Assembly (NCBI GenBank): GCA_963724295.1 | Contig: CAVRUC010000002.1 | Coordinates: 64,001 to 128,000 of the forward strand | Reading direction: 5' to 3' | Length of the DNA stretch: 64,000 nucleotides | DNA from: an uncultured Chloroflexia bacterium | GTDB lineage: Bacteria; Chloroflexota; Chloroflexia; Thermomicrobiales; UBA6265 | Shown: piece after piece, positions 21,427 to 30,732 of the stretch | How the letters are laid out: each line of letters starts with the position of its first letter | How positions within the stretch are numbered: position 1 is the stretch's first letter | Notes under the pieces: model-generated | The model's input: the letters and a program-made list of their open reading frames with translations, nothing else | What the model was told of the DNA's origin: nothing | Database searches by the model: none | Translations under genes and position numbers: made by a program

Positions 21427-22527
21427 TTGACAGCGACCGCGTCACAATCGACCAATGCCGCGCCCGATGAGATCACCGGCCGCATATTCTCGTCGATGAT
21501 CCACGCCTTTGAGATCTTCTGCGTCTACGTTGGCGACCAGCTCGGGTTCTACCGGGCCCTGCATCAGGGCGGCCCGGCGACCGCCGGCGAGCTCGCGGCT
21601 CGTGCCGGAACGAGCGAACGCTACACCCGCGAGTGGCTGGAGCAGCAGGCCGTCGCCGGCTTCCTCGCGGTTGACAACCCGGATGCTGGCGCCGCCGAGC
21701 GTCGGTTTCGCCTGCCGGAGGGCTACGAGGCGGTGTTCGTCGATCCGGAGAGTTTGATCGGCGGGGTCTCGATGGCCCAGATAACGGTTGGCACGGTGTC
21801 GCCCCTGAACCAGCTTCTGGAGGCGTTTCGCACCGGTGATGGGGTCCCGTATGCCGACTATGGCCGGGACCTTCAAGAGGGACAGGCGCGGGTCAATCGC
21901 CCCGCCCTCACGCACCTGCTGGCGCGGGAGTGGATCCCGGCGATGCCGGATATTGACGCTCGCCTCCAGGCTGACCCGCCGGCCCGCATCGCCGACATCG
22001 GCATGGGACAGGCGTGGTCGAGCATCGCCCTGGCTCGTGCCTACCCCAAGGCGCGGATCGACGGGTTCGACCTCGACGAGGCCTCGGTGGTGGCGGCGCG
22101 GGAGAATGTCCGCGCCGCTGGGGTCGACGATCGGGTCACCATGCATGCGCGCGACGCCGGGGATCCCGAGCTGGCCGGGCAGTATGACTTCGCCCTCGCC
22201 GTGGAGTGCGTCCATGACATGTCCGATCCGGTTGCGGTGCTGAGCGCGATGCGCCGCCTCGTCGGACCGGGCGGGACGGTCCTGATCGTCGACGAGCGAG
22301 TTCCTGATGCCTTCGCGCCCAACGGCGACGACGTCGAGCGGGTGATGTACGGATTCAGCGTGCTGCATTGCCTGCCGGTCGGCATGGTCGACAAGCCGTC
22401 TGTGGAGACGGGGGCTGTCATGCGGCGCCCCACCTTCCGCCGCTACGCCGAGCAGGCAGGATTCAGCCAGGTCGACGAGCTCCCGGTGGAGCATGACACC
22501 TTCCGCTTCTACCGGCTCCGAGGGTGA
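21427..22527 (+). CDS. Winged-helix + class I SAM-dependent methyltransferase
   Basis: N-terminal ERYTREWL winged-helix segment; IADIGMGQ; ECVHDMSDP; AAGGAG RBS before TTG. Confidence 0.85.
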   Translation: MTATASQSTNAAPDEITGRIFSSMIHAFEIFCVYVGDQLGFYRALHQGGPATAGELAARAGTSERYTREWLEQQAVAGFLAVDNPDAGAAERRFRLPEGYEAVFVDPESLIGGVSMAQITVGTVSPLNQLLEAFRTGDGVPYADYGRDLQEGQARVNRPALTHLLAREWIPAMPDIDARLQADPPARIADIGMGQAWSSIALARAYPKARIDGFDLDEASVVAARENVRAAGVDDRVTMHARDAGDPELAGQYDFALAVECVHDMSDPVAVLSAMRRLVGPGGTVLIVDERVPDAFAPNGDDVERVMYGFSVLHCLPVGMVDKPSVETGAVMRRPTFRRYAEQAGFSQVDELPVEHDTFRFYRLRG

Positions 22528-22529
22528 GT

Positions 22530-22672
22530 GCTCCCTGCGGTCGCGGTGATTGTTCGCTGCGCTCACGGTGGCCGGGTGGCAGGGTGACGGGCAGCGTTCG
22601 TCCTGCCACCCCGCGACCCCACGACCCCGCCACCCATGACCCATCACCCGCCACCCTGACACCCTGTCACCC
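22530..22672. repeat. Composite octamer palindromic element
   Basis: Shares ttgttcgctgcgctcacggtgg and an inverted ggtggcaggacgaacgctgccc with the 5955-6112 element. Confidence 0.85.
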
Positions 22673-22903
22673 AAAAACATGACTCCTGGGTCATTGGAAA
22701 GAAACCGCAATCGATGAAAAGGCGTTAACGTCCGCGAGGGATGGTGCGTCCAGCCGAACGCTGGCGCAATATTTCGCACGTTAGGTGCAACCGAATAGTT
22801 ACGGCGCATGATGCGCTCGCCTCCGCACGCGAGCGCAATCCTGTCCGGAAACCCGCAGGACGGCCCGCACCGTTTGCGGACAGGCCCAGGAGGGAAGGGA
22901 GCG

Positions 22904-23872
22904 ATGCGTCGCCTCGCTTCGTTGTTCGTCAGTGTCATGCTGGCACTAGGCACGTTTGCCTGGATTGCTCCGGTCCCAGTCGCATTCGCGCAGGATTCCG
23001 GATACTCCCCCGATGGGGAGGAGTGGGCCTTCGTCGAGCTGCTCAATGCCTATCGAGGCGAGCTGGGTCTGGCCCCGGTGACGCTGAACTCCGAGCTCGG
23101 CGCCGCCGCCGAGTATCACAGCGTCGATATGGCAACGAACAATTATTTCAGTCATTACCCGCTCGATGGCACCGATGCCGGCACGAACATCCAGAACTTC
23201 GGGTACACCGGGTTCCCCTACGCCGAGAACATCGCCGCCGGGATGGAAACCGCGCAGGAGGTTCTCACCGGCTGGCAGAACAGCCCCGACCACAACGCGA
23301 CGATGACCAACCCGCAGTACACCGAGGTCGGCATCGGCCGCGCCTACAACGAGGGAACGCAGTACGGCTGGTACTGGACCGCGACCTACGGCGGCGGTGA
23401 AGGTCCGCAGACCGCGCCGGTCCAGGTGACCGACCCGGCGCTCGTGACCGAGGCCAGCCTGCCGGAGACCGTCACCACGGTCGATGAGGCGCCGAGCGTG
23501 ATCACCAACGACGGTGGCACGGTGGAGTTGGTCGAGTTCCAGCAGCCCGCGATCAATGCCGATGGCGAATACGTGGCCTCCAGTGGAGCCAATCCCGTCG
23601 CCGATGGCACCGGGGAAACGCTCGAGTACGGCGACCTCAATACCGGCGGTCGCCAGGGCGAGACCATCATCTATGAGGCGCCGTCGCTGAGTGTCTCGGG
23701 TGAGGCGGCCGCACCCGCACCCGCGCCCGCTCCGGAAACCACGACCACGACGACTACGACGACCGCACCAGCGCCAGAAGCGGCGGCGCCGGTCTCCACA
23801 GATGCAACCTTCACCGAGACGACGACGACAGTCATCGAGATGAACGAGGGGAACGGCCAGGCGCGCGGGTAG
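22904..23872 (+). CDS. Secreted CAP (SCP) domain protein with low-complexity tail
   Basis: Signal peptide; LNAYR, HSVDMATNNYFSH, AENIAAG and WQNSPDHNA. Confidence 0.9.
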   Translation: MRRLASLFVSVMLALGTFAWIAPVPVAFAQDSGYSPDGEEWAFVELLNAYRGELGLAPVTLNSELGAAAEYHSVDMATNNYFSHYPLDGTDAGTNIQNFGYTGFPYAENIAAGMETAQEVLTGWQNSPDHNATMTNPQYTEVGIGRAYNEGTQYGWYWTATYGGGEGPQTAPVQVTDPALVTEASLPETVTTVDEAPSVITNDGGTVELVEFQQPAINADGEYVASSGANPVADGTGETLEYGDLNTGGRQGETIIYEAPSLSVSGEAAAPAPAPAPETTTTTTTTTAPAPEAAAPVSTDATFTETTTTVIEMNEGNGQARG

Positions 23873-23889
23873 CGCGGCACTTTCTCGTC

Positions 23890-23983
23890 GTGTCATCTTG
23901 AGGAACGAAGGATCTCGGCCGAAGGCCGCGTTCATACGCCGCAGCCAAGATTCTGCAAGTTCGCCTGCTGGCTCGGCATGACA
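23890..23983. repeat. REP-like TGTCAT...ATGACA element without cargo gene
   Basis: tgtcatcttgaggaacgaaggatctc ... ggcatgaca; internal attctgcaagttcgcctgc recurs inverted at ~19311-19329. Confidence 0.65.
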
Positions 23984-24085
23984 CTGGCTTAGCAAAGCGC
24001 GGGAGCGGCCGCACTCGTGGCCGCTCCCGTGTCGTGAATGCCACACGCCGGCGCGGCGCGGGTTCCCGTGAGCTGAGAGGAACGC

Positions 24086-24865
24086 ATGCACGAGAGCGTG
24101 GCGACCACGACCGGCGATCATGTCGCCCGGAACCGCGTGGCCTGGGATCGCATGGCCGCCGACTACGTCGAGAGCGGTCGCCGCAACTGGGCGAGTGATG
24201 AGATCACCTGGGGCATCTTCGACGTCCCGGAGTCGCGGATCGGCATGCTGCCGCCCGATCTGACCGGCATGGAGACCGTCGAGCTCGGCTGCGGAACAGC
24301 CTACGTCTCGGCCTGGCTGGCGCGGCGCGGGGCGCGTCCGGTCGGCATCGACAACTCCCCGGCGCAGCTGGAGACGGCGCGGCGCTTCCAGTCCGAGTTC
24401 GGGCTCACCTTCCCGCTCCACCTCGGCGACGCCGAGCAGACACCGTTCGCCGCCGAGAGCTTCGACTTCGCCATCAGCGAGTACGGCGCCGCCATCTGGT
24501 GCGATCCCTACCGCTGGATTCCCGAGGCAGCCCGCATCCTGCGTCCCGGCGGGCGGCTTTCGTTCCTGGGCAACTCGGTGCTGCTGATGCTCACCACGCC
24601 AACCGACGATGAAGACGCGCCCGCCAGCGAGCAGTTGCAGCGGCCACTCTTCGGCATGTACCGCTTTGCCTGGCAGGACGGCGCGGTCGAGTTCCACCTA
24701 CCCCACGGCGAGATGATCCGCCTGCTGCGAGACAGCGGCTTCGAGGTCGAGGACCTGGTCGAAGTGGAGATCGCGCAGGACGCGACGACCCGCTACCCGT
24801 TCGTCTCGGCGGAGTGGGCGCGTCGCTGGCCGGCGGAAGAGGTCTGGAAAGTTCGGAAGCGCTAG
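24086..24865 (+). CDS. Class I SAM-dependent methyltransferase
   Basis: VELGCGTA, GDAEQTPF and ARILRPGG. Confidence 0.9.
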   Translation: MHESVATTTGDHVARNRVAWDRMAADYVESGRRNWASDEITWGIFDVPESRIGMLPPDLTGMETVELGCGTAYVSAWLARRGARPVGIDNSPAQLETARRFQSEFGLTFPLHLGDAEQTPFAAESFDFAISEYGAAIWCDPYRWIPEAARILRPGGRLSFLGNSVLLMLTTPTDDEDAPASEQLQRPLFGMYRFAWQDGAVEFHLPHGEMIRLLRDSGFEVEDLVEVEIAQDATTRYPFVSAEWARRWPAEEVWKVRKR

Positions 24866-24908
24866 GACTCCGCGGGGGGACCGGATCCCGCGGTCACGAT
24901 CCGCGAGG

Positions 24909-25472
24909 TCATTCCTCGACCGCGGAGCCCGCCATGATCGGGAATGTCAGGGCGGCATAGATCGATGCCAACCACCGTGATGGCCTGACCCCGAGCAGCA
25001 CCGGTTCTGTGAAGCCTGCCGCACGCGCTACCTCCTGGAAGGCGGTGTACGACATCGGATACGGCACCCAGCTGTTTCCCGTTTCGGTGTCGTACTCGAC
25101 CACGATCAACCGGCCTTCCGGCTGCAGATACTCCCGCCACCGTTGCAGGAGAGCCACATGATCTCGCTTGGGGATGTAGTGGATGGCATTGGCGACGACG
25201 ATGCCGTCGAGGGGCGGCAACGTGAGACGGCCGGCGATGTCCGCCTGGAAGAGGCGGAGCTGGGTGCCAGGAAAGTGCCGCTCCATGCTTGCCCGCAGCG
25301 TCCGCAGGCTGGCCCGGTCCTGATCGATGGCGATGATTGCCGCGTCCGGACCGGCAATATCGCGCAGCGCGAGCGTGAAGGCGCCGCTGCCGGCGCCGAA
25401 ATCGGCCCAGACACCGCCCCGATCCCGCTCGATCGCGGCCTCGATCAACCGCACGTGATCGTCGTGGTTCAC
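24909..25472 (-). CDS. Class I SAM-dependent methyltransferase
   Basis: WADFGAGSGAFTLAL; GTG at 25472 with GGAGGAG RBS. Confidence 0.85.
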   Translation of the reverse strand: MNHDDHVRLIEAAIERDRGGVWADFGAGSGAFTLALRDIAGPDAAIIAIDQDRASLRTLRASMERHFPGTQLRLFQADIAGRLTLPPLDGIVVANAIHYIPKRDHVALLQRWREYLQPEGRLIVVEYDTETGNSWVPYPMSYTAFQEVARAAGFTEPVLLGVRPSRWLASIYAALTFPIMAGSAVEE

Positions 25473-25493
25473 CAGGAGACTCCTCCACGGGGG

Positions 25494-25548
25494 TTGACAG
25501 GGGGCGGAGCAGGGAGTAAGATTGCCATAGTCTACTAAAAAGGTAGAC
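25494..25548 (+). promoter_or_regulatory. sigma70 promoter plus palindromic operator 1
   Basis: TTGACA(25494)-17-TAAGAT(25517); GTCTAC-taaaaag-GTAGAC at 25530-25548. Confidence 0.8.
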
Positions 25549-25700
25549 AAAGGAGACAAACCGGTGGGCGCGTCGACCTCCCTCCCCGACGCGTCCACCC
25601 CGGCCCCGGAGCGTACTTCCCGCTCCACTGCACGGTTCACTCCTTCCCCCTCCCCTCTGTCCTGACAAGGACCCGGTCTCAGCCGGGTCCTTGTCGTGGG
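25529..25700 (+). ncRNA. Candidate sRNA 1 with C-rich loop
   Basis: 13-bp stem with loop ACCUCCCUCCC (25563-25599), second hairpin, CU-rich stretch, perfect 13-bp terminal hairpin (25664-25695). Confidence 0.55.
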
Positions 25701-25775
25701 CTTTCTCCTTCCTTCCACTCCCGGAGCGACGAGGCTCCACGGGTCCAGATGCGGAAAAAGACGAGCCGGGCCGGC

Positions 25776-25804
25776 TTGACAAATGTCCACTAAACCAGTA
25801 GACT
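25776..25804 (+). promoter_or_regulatory. sigma70 promoter overlapped by operator 2
   Basis: TTGACA(25776)-17-TAGACT(25799); GTCCAC-taaacca-GTAGAC at 25785-25803. Confidence 0.8.
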
Positions 25805-25810
25805 TTAGGT

Positions 25811-25980
25811 AGTCAATGGTCGGTGGTCGGTCCGAACGCCATCGACACGAGCGAACCAAGATCTGGACCCCGCTCCTTCCCTCCCCGGGAGCCCGGTCCA
25901 AAAAATCGGGAGACAGACCCTTCTCCCAACCTCAGCCGCCGAGAACCCGGCCTGCACTTGCGGGCCGGGTTCCCGCATTT
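25811..25980 (+). ncRNA. Candidate sRNA 2 with C-rich loop
   Basis: Hairpin 25864-25900 with loop UUCCCUCCCC; terminal GC-rich hairpin 25943-25972. Confidence 0.5.
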
Positions 25981-26072
25981 GCGCGACGTGGCCGCGCGCG
26001 GCGAGAGGTCAGCCGCGGGAACACTGTGATCCTTTAAACTGCCTCACGTGACGGCATCGGAATTGACCGCTC

Positions 26073-26513
26073 ATGCCGGAGATGGCAATGGGATCGGCAC
26101 GCACCATTCTCTTCCTCTGCCCGCATAACGCCGCGAAGAGCGTCCTCGCCGCCGCGTACTTCGATCAGCTGGCGCGGGAACGTGGTCTCGACTACCAGGC
26201 CGCTTCGGCCGGGACCAGTCCGGATGCCGCGCCGTCGCCGGCCGTCGTCGCCATGCTGCGGGACGAGGGCATCGACGTCGCCGGCCACCGGCCGCGACGC
26301 CTGACCGCGGAGGACCTGACCAGCGCCCACCGGGTGATCTCTCTCGGGTGTGATCTGGACGACCTGACCGAAGGCAACGCGCCGGTGGATCGTTGGGATG
26401 ACGTGCCGCCGGCCAGCCGGGATCTGGCCGCATCGCGGGCCGCTATCAAGCGTCACCTGGACGCGCTCGTCAACGAGCTCGCCGCCGGCGGGCCGCAGAC
26501 GCCCGGGGTCTAG
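26073..26513 (+). CDS. Low-molecular-weight phosphatase / ArsC-like protein
   Basis: ILFLCPHNAAKS, ASAGT, VISLGC and RWDDVP. Confidence 0.85.
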   Translation: MPEMAMGSARTILFLCPHNAAKSVLAAAYFDQLARERGLDYQAASAGTSPDAAPSPAVVAMLRDEGIDVAGHRPRRLTAEDLTSAHRVISLGCDLDDLTEGNAPVDRWDDVPPASRDLAASRAAIKRHLDALVNELAAGGPQTPGV

Positions 26514-26516
26514 CGG

Positions 26517-27750
26517 GTGACGATGATGCGGCAACCCGCCGCGGTCGGGTTCGAGTCCGCGGAGGCGCCCGTCGCGGAGGCGGCCGCCCGCGGCACGCTC
26601 TGGCAGTTGACGTCCTATTTCCTCAAGCTGGGAACCATCGGCTTCGGTGGTCCCGTCGCCCTCGTCGGCTACATGCAGCGCGACCTGGTCGAGCGCCATC
26701 GCTGGATCGACGACGAGGAGTACAAGCTCGGTCTGGCCCTCGCCCAGATCATGCCCGGACCCCTGGCGGCGCAGCTGGCGATGGCCATTGGCTACTTCGC
26801 CCACGGCGTCCTGGGCGCCACCCTCGTCGGTCTCGCGTTCGTGTTGCCCTCGTTTCTGATGGTGCTTGGCGCTTTCGGCGCTCTACGTGGCGTTCGGCGG
26901 GCTGTGGTGGATGCAGGCCGTCTTCTACGGCGTCTCCGCCGCCGTCATCGGCATCATCGCCATCGCCGCCTACAGGCTGGCTCGCAAGGTCAACGGCCGT
27001 GACCCGCTGCTGTGGGGCATCTTCGCCACGCTCTTCGTGGTGACCGCGGTCGCGCAGGCCGAGCTGGCCGAGTTCTTCCTCGTGGCCGGCATCCTGGTGT
27101 TGCTGGTGAAAGCGCCGCCATCGTGGTTGCGATCTCGCCTCCCCTTTCTCGGTCTCAGTCTGCACGCCATCGCGCTTCCGATCGTGGTGGTAGTGGCCAT
27201 CATCAGCGCACGGACGGATGTTCTCTGGGACATCTTGCTCTTCTTCACGAAGGCCGGCGCGTTGTCTTTCGTCTTCGGCAGCGGTCTGGCCATCGTGCCG
27301 TTCCTCTATGAGGGTGTCGTGCAGGGTCACCACTGGCTGACCGAGCAGCAGTTCCTCGATGCCGTGGCCATTGCCATGATCACCCCCGGACCGGTCGTCA
27401 TTACCGTCGCCTTCATCGGCTTTCTGGTCGCCGGGTTCCCGGGAGCAACCCTGGCCGCCGTCGGCATCTTCCTGCCGGTCTGGGTGCTGACCGTCATCCC
27501 GGCGCCCTGGTTCGTCCGCCACCGCAACAACGCGCAGCTGCGCGCCTTCTCGGACGGCGCGACGGCGGCCGCCAGCGGCGCCATCGCGGGAGCCGTGATC
27601 GTCCTCGGGCAGCGCGCGATCGTCGACATCCCCACGACCGCGATCGCCCTGGCGAGTCTGGGACTCCTCTGGCGGTTCAAGATCCCCGAGCCACTCCTCG
27701 TCGTCAGTGCCGGGCTGGCCGGCCTCGTCCTGGCGCCGTTGATCCGCTAG
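26517..27750 (+). CDS. chrA: Chromate ion transporter (CHR family), one frameshift near 26865
   Basis: LGTIGFGGP, AQIMPGPLA, FGSGLAIVP and AMITPGP duplicated CHR motifs. Confidence 0.9.
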
Positions 27751-27774
27751 GTCCTGCGTAGATTTCCCAGGTAA

Positions 27775-27945
27775 GCCCTCACCCAGCAACCACCCTCACC
27801 CGCAACCGCCTCTCAAGACTCCCTCACCCCAACCGCCACCCAGAGGGTACCCGGCCCAGTGCGCTGGGCGAGGGGCTTCAACGCTGCCGCCGGCAGTTCG
27901 CCCTTCTCCCCGCTCCGAGGGGAGAAGGGTTGGGGATGAGGGGTT
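27775..27945. repeat. CCCTCACCC-type REP-like palindrome cluster
   Basis: Three ccctcaccc copies, cccttctccccgctccgaggggagaaggg hairpin and closing ggggatgagggg. Confidence 0.7.
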
Positions 27946-27966
27946 AGGCTCTCCCTTCCACGGGGC

Positions 27967-28021
27967 TTGCCAAATCGGCGGCTCTCCTGTATTGTCGTTT
28001 TTGTCTACTAAATGAGTAGAC
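27967..28021 (+). promoter_or_regulatory. Promoter and operator 3 of the sulfate ABC operon
   Basis: TTGCCA-17-TATTGT; GTCTAC-taaatga-GTAGAC at 28003-28021. Confidence 0.75.
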
Positions 28022-28083
28022 ATTACGGAATTACTGGACATTGCGCCATCGCCGAGGCGCGTCGTCTACGAAGGAAGGGTTTC

Positions 28084-29100
28084 ATGCCGTCACACGATCG
28101 TCTGCTCCAGTCCCGGTTCACTCGTCGTCAGGCCTTGCTCACGCTGGCCGCATCGGCGGCGGCTCCCGCGCTCGCCTCCTCCTTCCCCCGCCCGGTCCTG
28201 GCCCAGGATCAGGTGACGCTGACCCTCGTCGCCTACTCCACCCCGCGCGAGGCCTACGAGGAGATCATCCCCCTCTTCCAGGCGACGCCCGAAGGCGCCA
28301 ATGTCGCATTCGAGACCTCGTTCGCGGCCTCAGGCGAGCAGAGCCGCGCCGTCGAGAGCGGTCTCCCGGCCGACATCGTTGCCCTCTCGCTCGAGCCGGA
28401 CATCACTCGCCTCATCGAACCGGGTCTTGTCGCCGAGGACTGGAACGCCGACGAGTACAACGGCATGGTGACCGACTCCGTCGTCGTCCTTGCCGTCCGC
28501 CCTGATAACCCGAAGGGGATCGCCACCTGGGACGATTTGCTCAAGGAGGGCGTCGAGGTCATCACCCCGAACCCGCTCACCTCGGGTGGCGCCCGTTGGA
28601 ACGTCATGGCCGGCTACGGCGCCCAGCTCGCGCTGGGCAAGACCGAAGAGGAGGCGCTCGAGTACCTGCGCCAGCTCTTCTCGCACGTCCCGGTGCTGGA
28701 CAAGAGCGCGCGCGAGTCGCTGGCGACATTCGCCGGCGGCAAAGGCGACGTGCTGATCGCCTACGAGAACGAGGCCATTACTGCCCAGCAAAAAGGTGAG
28801 CAGCTCGAGTACATCGTCCCCGATCAGACGATTCTCATCGAGAACCCTGTGGCGGTTGTTGCCGAGTCAGCCAACCCGGAGAAGGCCCAGGCCTTCATCG
28901 ACTTCTTGCGCACGCCCGAGGCGCAGCGAATCTTCGGCGAGAAGGGGTACCGGCCGATTTTGCCCGAGGTGCTGGCCGAGTTCGATTACCCCGACCCGCC
29001 GAGTCTCTTCACAATCGCCGACCACGGTGGGTGGGCCGAGGTGACCAGCACGTTCTTCGACGCGGAGAATGGTCTCGTCGCTCAGATCGTGCAGCAGTGA
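28084..29100 (+). CDS. sbp: Sulfate ABC transporter substrate-binding protein (Tat signal)
   Basis: TRRQALL Tat motif; SGEQSRAV, NPKGIATWDDL, ITPNPLTSGGARWN and YENEA. Confidence 0.92.
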   Translation: MPSHDRLLQSRFTRRQALLTLAASAAAPALASSFPRPVLAQDQVTLTLVAYSTPREAYEEIIPLFQATPEGANVAFETSFAASGEQSRAVESGLPADIVALSLEPDITRLIEPGLVAEDWNADEYNGMVTDSVVVLAVRPDNPKGIATWDDLLKEGVEVITPNPLTSGGARWNVMAGYGAQLALGKTEEEALEYLRQLFSHVPVLDKSARESLATFAGGKGDVLIAYENEAITAQQKGEQLEYIVPDQTILIENPVAVVAESANPEKAQAFIDFLRTPEAQRIFGEKGYRPILPEVLAEFDYPDPPSLFTIADHGGWAEVTSTFFDAENGLVAQIVQQ

Positions 29101-29951
29101 GTTCGACAACTCTTCCGGTTGGTGCGGCGGGCGCCGCACCAACCACCTCGACCCGGAAGGCGGGAACCTGGTCGATAGGAACGCCCCTCGCGCTCGGGGT
29201 AATCATCTCCTATATGAGCGTGATCGTGCTCATCCCGCTGGCCGCGGTCGTTTTTCGCTCTTTTGCCGGAGGCTGGGACGGGTTTTGGAGTGCGGTAACG
29301 TCCCCCCAAGCCCTGGCGGCGCTCCGCCTCAGCCTGCTCGGTTCCTTCGTCGTGGCCGCGATCAACGCGGTGATGGGGACCATCATCGCCTGGGTCCTGG
29401 TGCGCGATGAGTTCCCGGGCAAGGACGCGGTCAATGCCCTGATCGATCTTCCCTTCGCGCTGCCCACGATCGTGGCCGGTCTGACCTTGATTGCCCTTTA
29501 CGGATCGCGCAGCCCACTTGGGATCAATGTCGCCTACACGCAGGTGGCGGTGCTCCTGGCGTTGCTCTTCGTCACCCTCCCGTTCGTCGTGCGGGCGGTG
29601 CAGCCGGTTCTGGACGAGCTCGACCACGAGATGGAGCAGGCCGCGACGGCTCTCGGGGCAAGCCATTGGACGACCTTCCGTCTGATCGTGCTGCCAAACT
29701 TGCTGCCCGCCATCCTGGCCGGCGTCGGGCTCGGGTTCGCCCGTGCCATCGGCGAGTTCGGATCGGTGGTGCTCATCTCCGGAAACATTCCCTTCGAGAC
29801 TGAGGTCGCCGCCGTTCGCATCTACAGCCAGGTGGAGAACGACAACGTCACGGCCGCCGCGGCGCTTGCGGTCGTGCTGCTGACGATCTCGCTCGCGGTG
29901 CTCCTGATCATTTCCGGCATCGAGCGTTGGAGCCGCAAGCATGACCGGTAA
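29097..29951 (+). CDS. cysT: Sulfate ABC transporter permease CysT
   Basis: DLPFALPTIVAG, TLPFVVRAVQPVL and GEFGSVVLISGN. Confidence 0.92.
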   Translation: MSSTTLPVGAAGAAPTTSTRKAGTWSIGTPLALGVIISYMSVIVLIPLAAVVFRSFAGGWDGFWSAVTSPQALAALRLSLLGSFVVAAINAVMGTIIAWVLVRDEFPGKDAVNALIDLPFALPTIVAGLTLIALYGSRSPLGINVAYTQVAVLLALLFVTLPFVVRAVQPVLDELDHEMEQAATALGASHWTTFRLIVLPNLLPAILAGVGLGFARAIGEFGSVVLISGNIPFETEVAAVRIYSQVENDNVTAAAALAVVLLTISLAVLLIISGIERWSRKHDR

Positions 29952-30732
29952 GCTCGGTTTACGGGCGCTCTGCCTCGTCTACCTGGGCCTGCTCATTGTC
30001 GGACCGGTAGCGGTCATGCTCTGGCAGACGTTTTCGGGAGGGGTGGAGCCTGTTCTGGAAGCCTTGACCCGCCCCGCCTTCCTGCACGCCCTCAAACTAA
30101 CGCTGATCATCGCGCTCATTGCCGTACCTTTGAACACGATCTTTGGTGTCCTGTTCGCGTTGCTCGTCGTCCGCCACGAATTTCGCGGCAAGCAGATCCT
30201 CACGGCGTTGCTCGATCTGCCACTCGGTGTCTCGCCAGTCGTCGTCGGACTGGCGTTGATCATCGTCTACGGCCGTCGCGGTGAGTTCGGTGGCTGGTTG
30301 GCGGATCACGGCCTCCGCGTCATCTTCGCCCTGCCGGGGATGGTCCTGGCGACACTCTTCATCACCATTCCATTTGTTGCGCGTGAGGTGATCCCGGTGC
30401 TGCGCGAGATCGGCACCGAGCAGGAGCAGGCGGCGCGTACGCTGGGCGCCTCTCACTGGCAGATCTTCCGCATGATCACGCTACCCGCCATTCGCGTCGG
30501 GGTCGGCTTCGGCGTGGTCCTGACGACAGCCCGTGCCCTGGGCGAATACGGCGCGGTCGCCATCGTCTCGGGCAAGCTCTCCGGCCGAACCGAGACCATG
30601 ACGGTCCACGTCGAGGAGCGGTTCCTCGCCTTCGATTTAACCGGCGCCTACACCGCGTCGCTGGTGCTCGCCCTGCTGGCTCTGCTGACACTCTTCGCCA
30701 TGCAGCGGCTCAAGCCACGGGAAGGACATTGA
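29941..30732 (+). CDS. cysW: Sulfate ABC transporter permease CysW
   Basis: [21 protein letters not shown] and [10 protein letters not shown]. Confidence 0.92.
   Translation: MTGKLGLRALCLVYLGLLIVGPVAVMLWQTFSGGVEPVLEALTRPAFLHALKLTLIIALIAVPLNTIFGVLFALLVVRHEFRGKQILTALLDLPLGVSPVVVGLALIIVYGRRGEFGGWLADHGLRVIFALPGMVLATLFITIPFVAREVIPVLREIGTEQEQAARTLGASHWQIFRMITLPAIRVGVGFGVVLTTARALGEYGAVAIVSGKLSGRTETMTVHVEERFLAFDLTGAYTASLVLALLALLTLFAMQRLKPREGH

Noticed and set aside
22845..22885. Hairpin CCTGTCCG...CGGACAGG upstream of the CAP gene as a c-di-AMP or c-di-GMP riboswitch
   Set aside because: Lacks the conserved aptamer motifs I could check; only a generic stem.
25564..25665. 33-codon GTG ORF after AAGGAG inside candidate sRNA 1
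   Set aside because: Ser/Pro-rich composition follows from the C-rich hairpins and no counterpart was seen in unit 2; not excluded, but less likely than RNA function.
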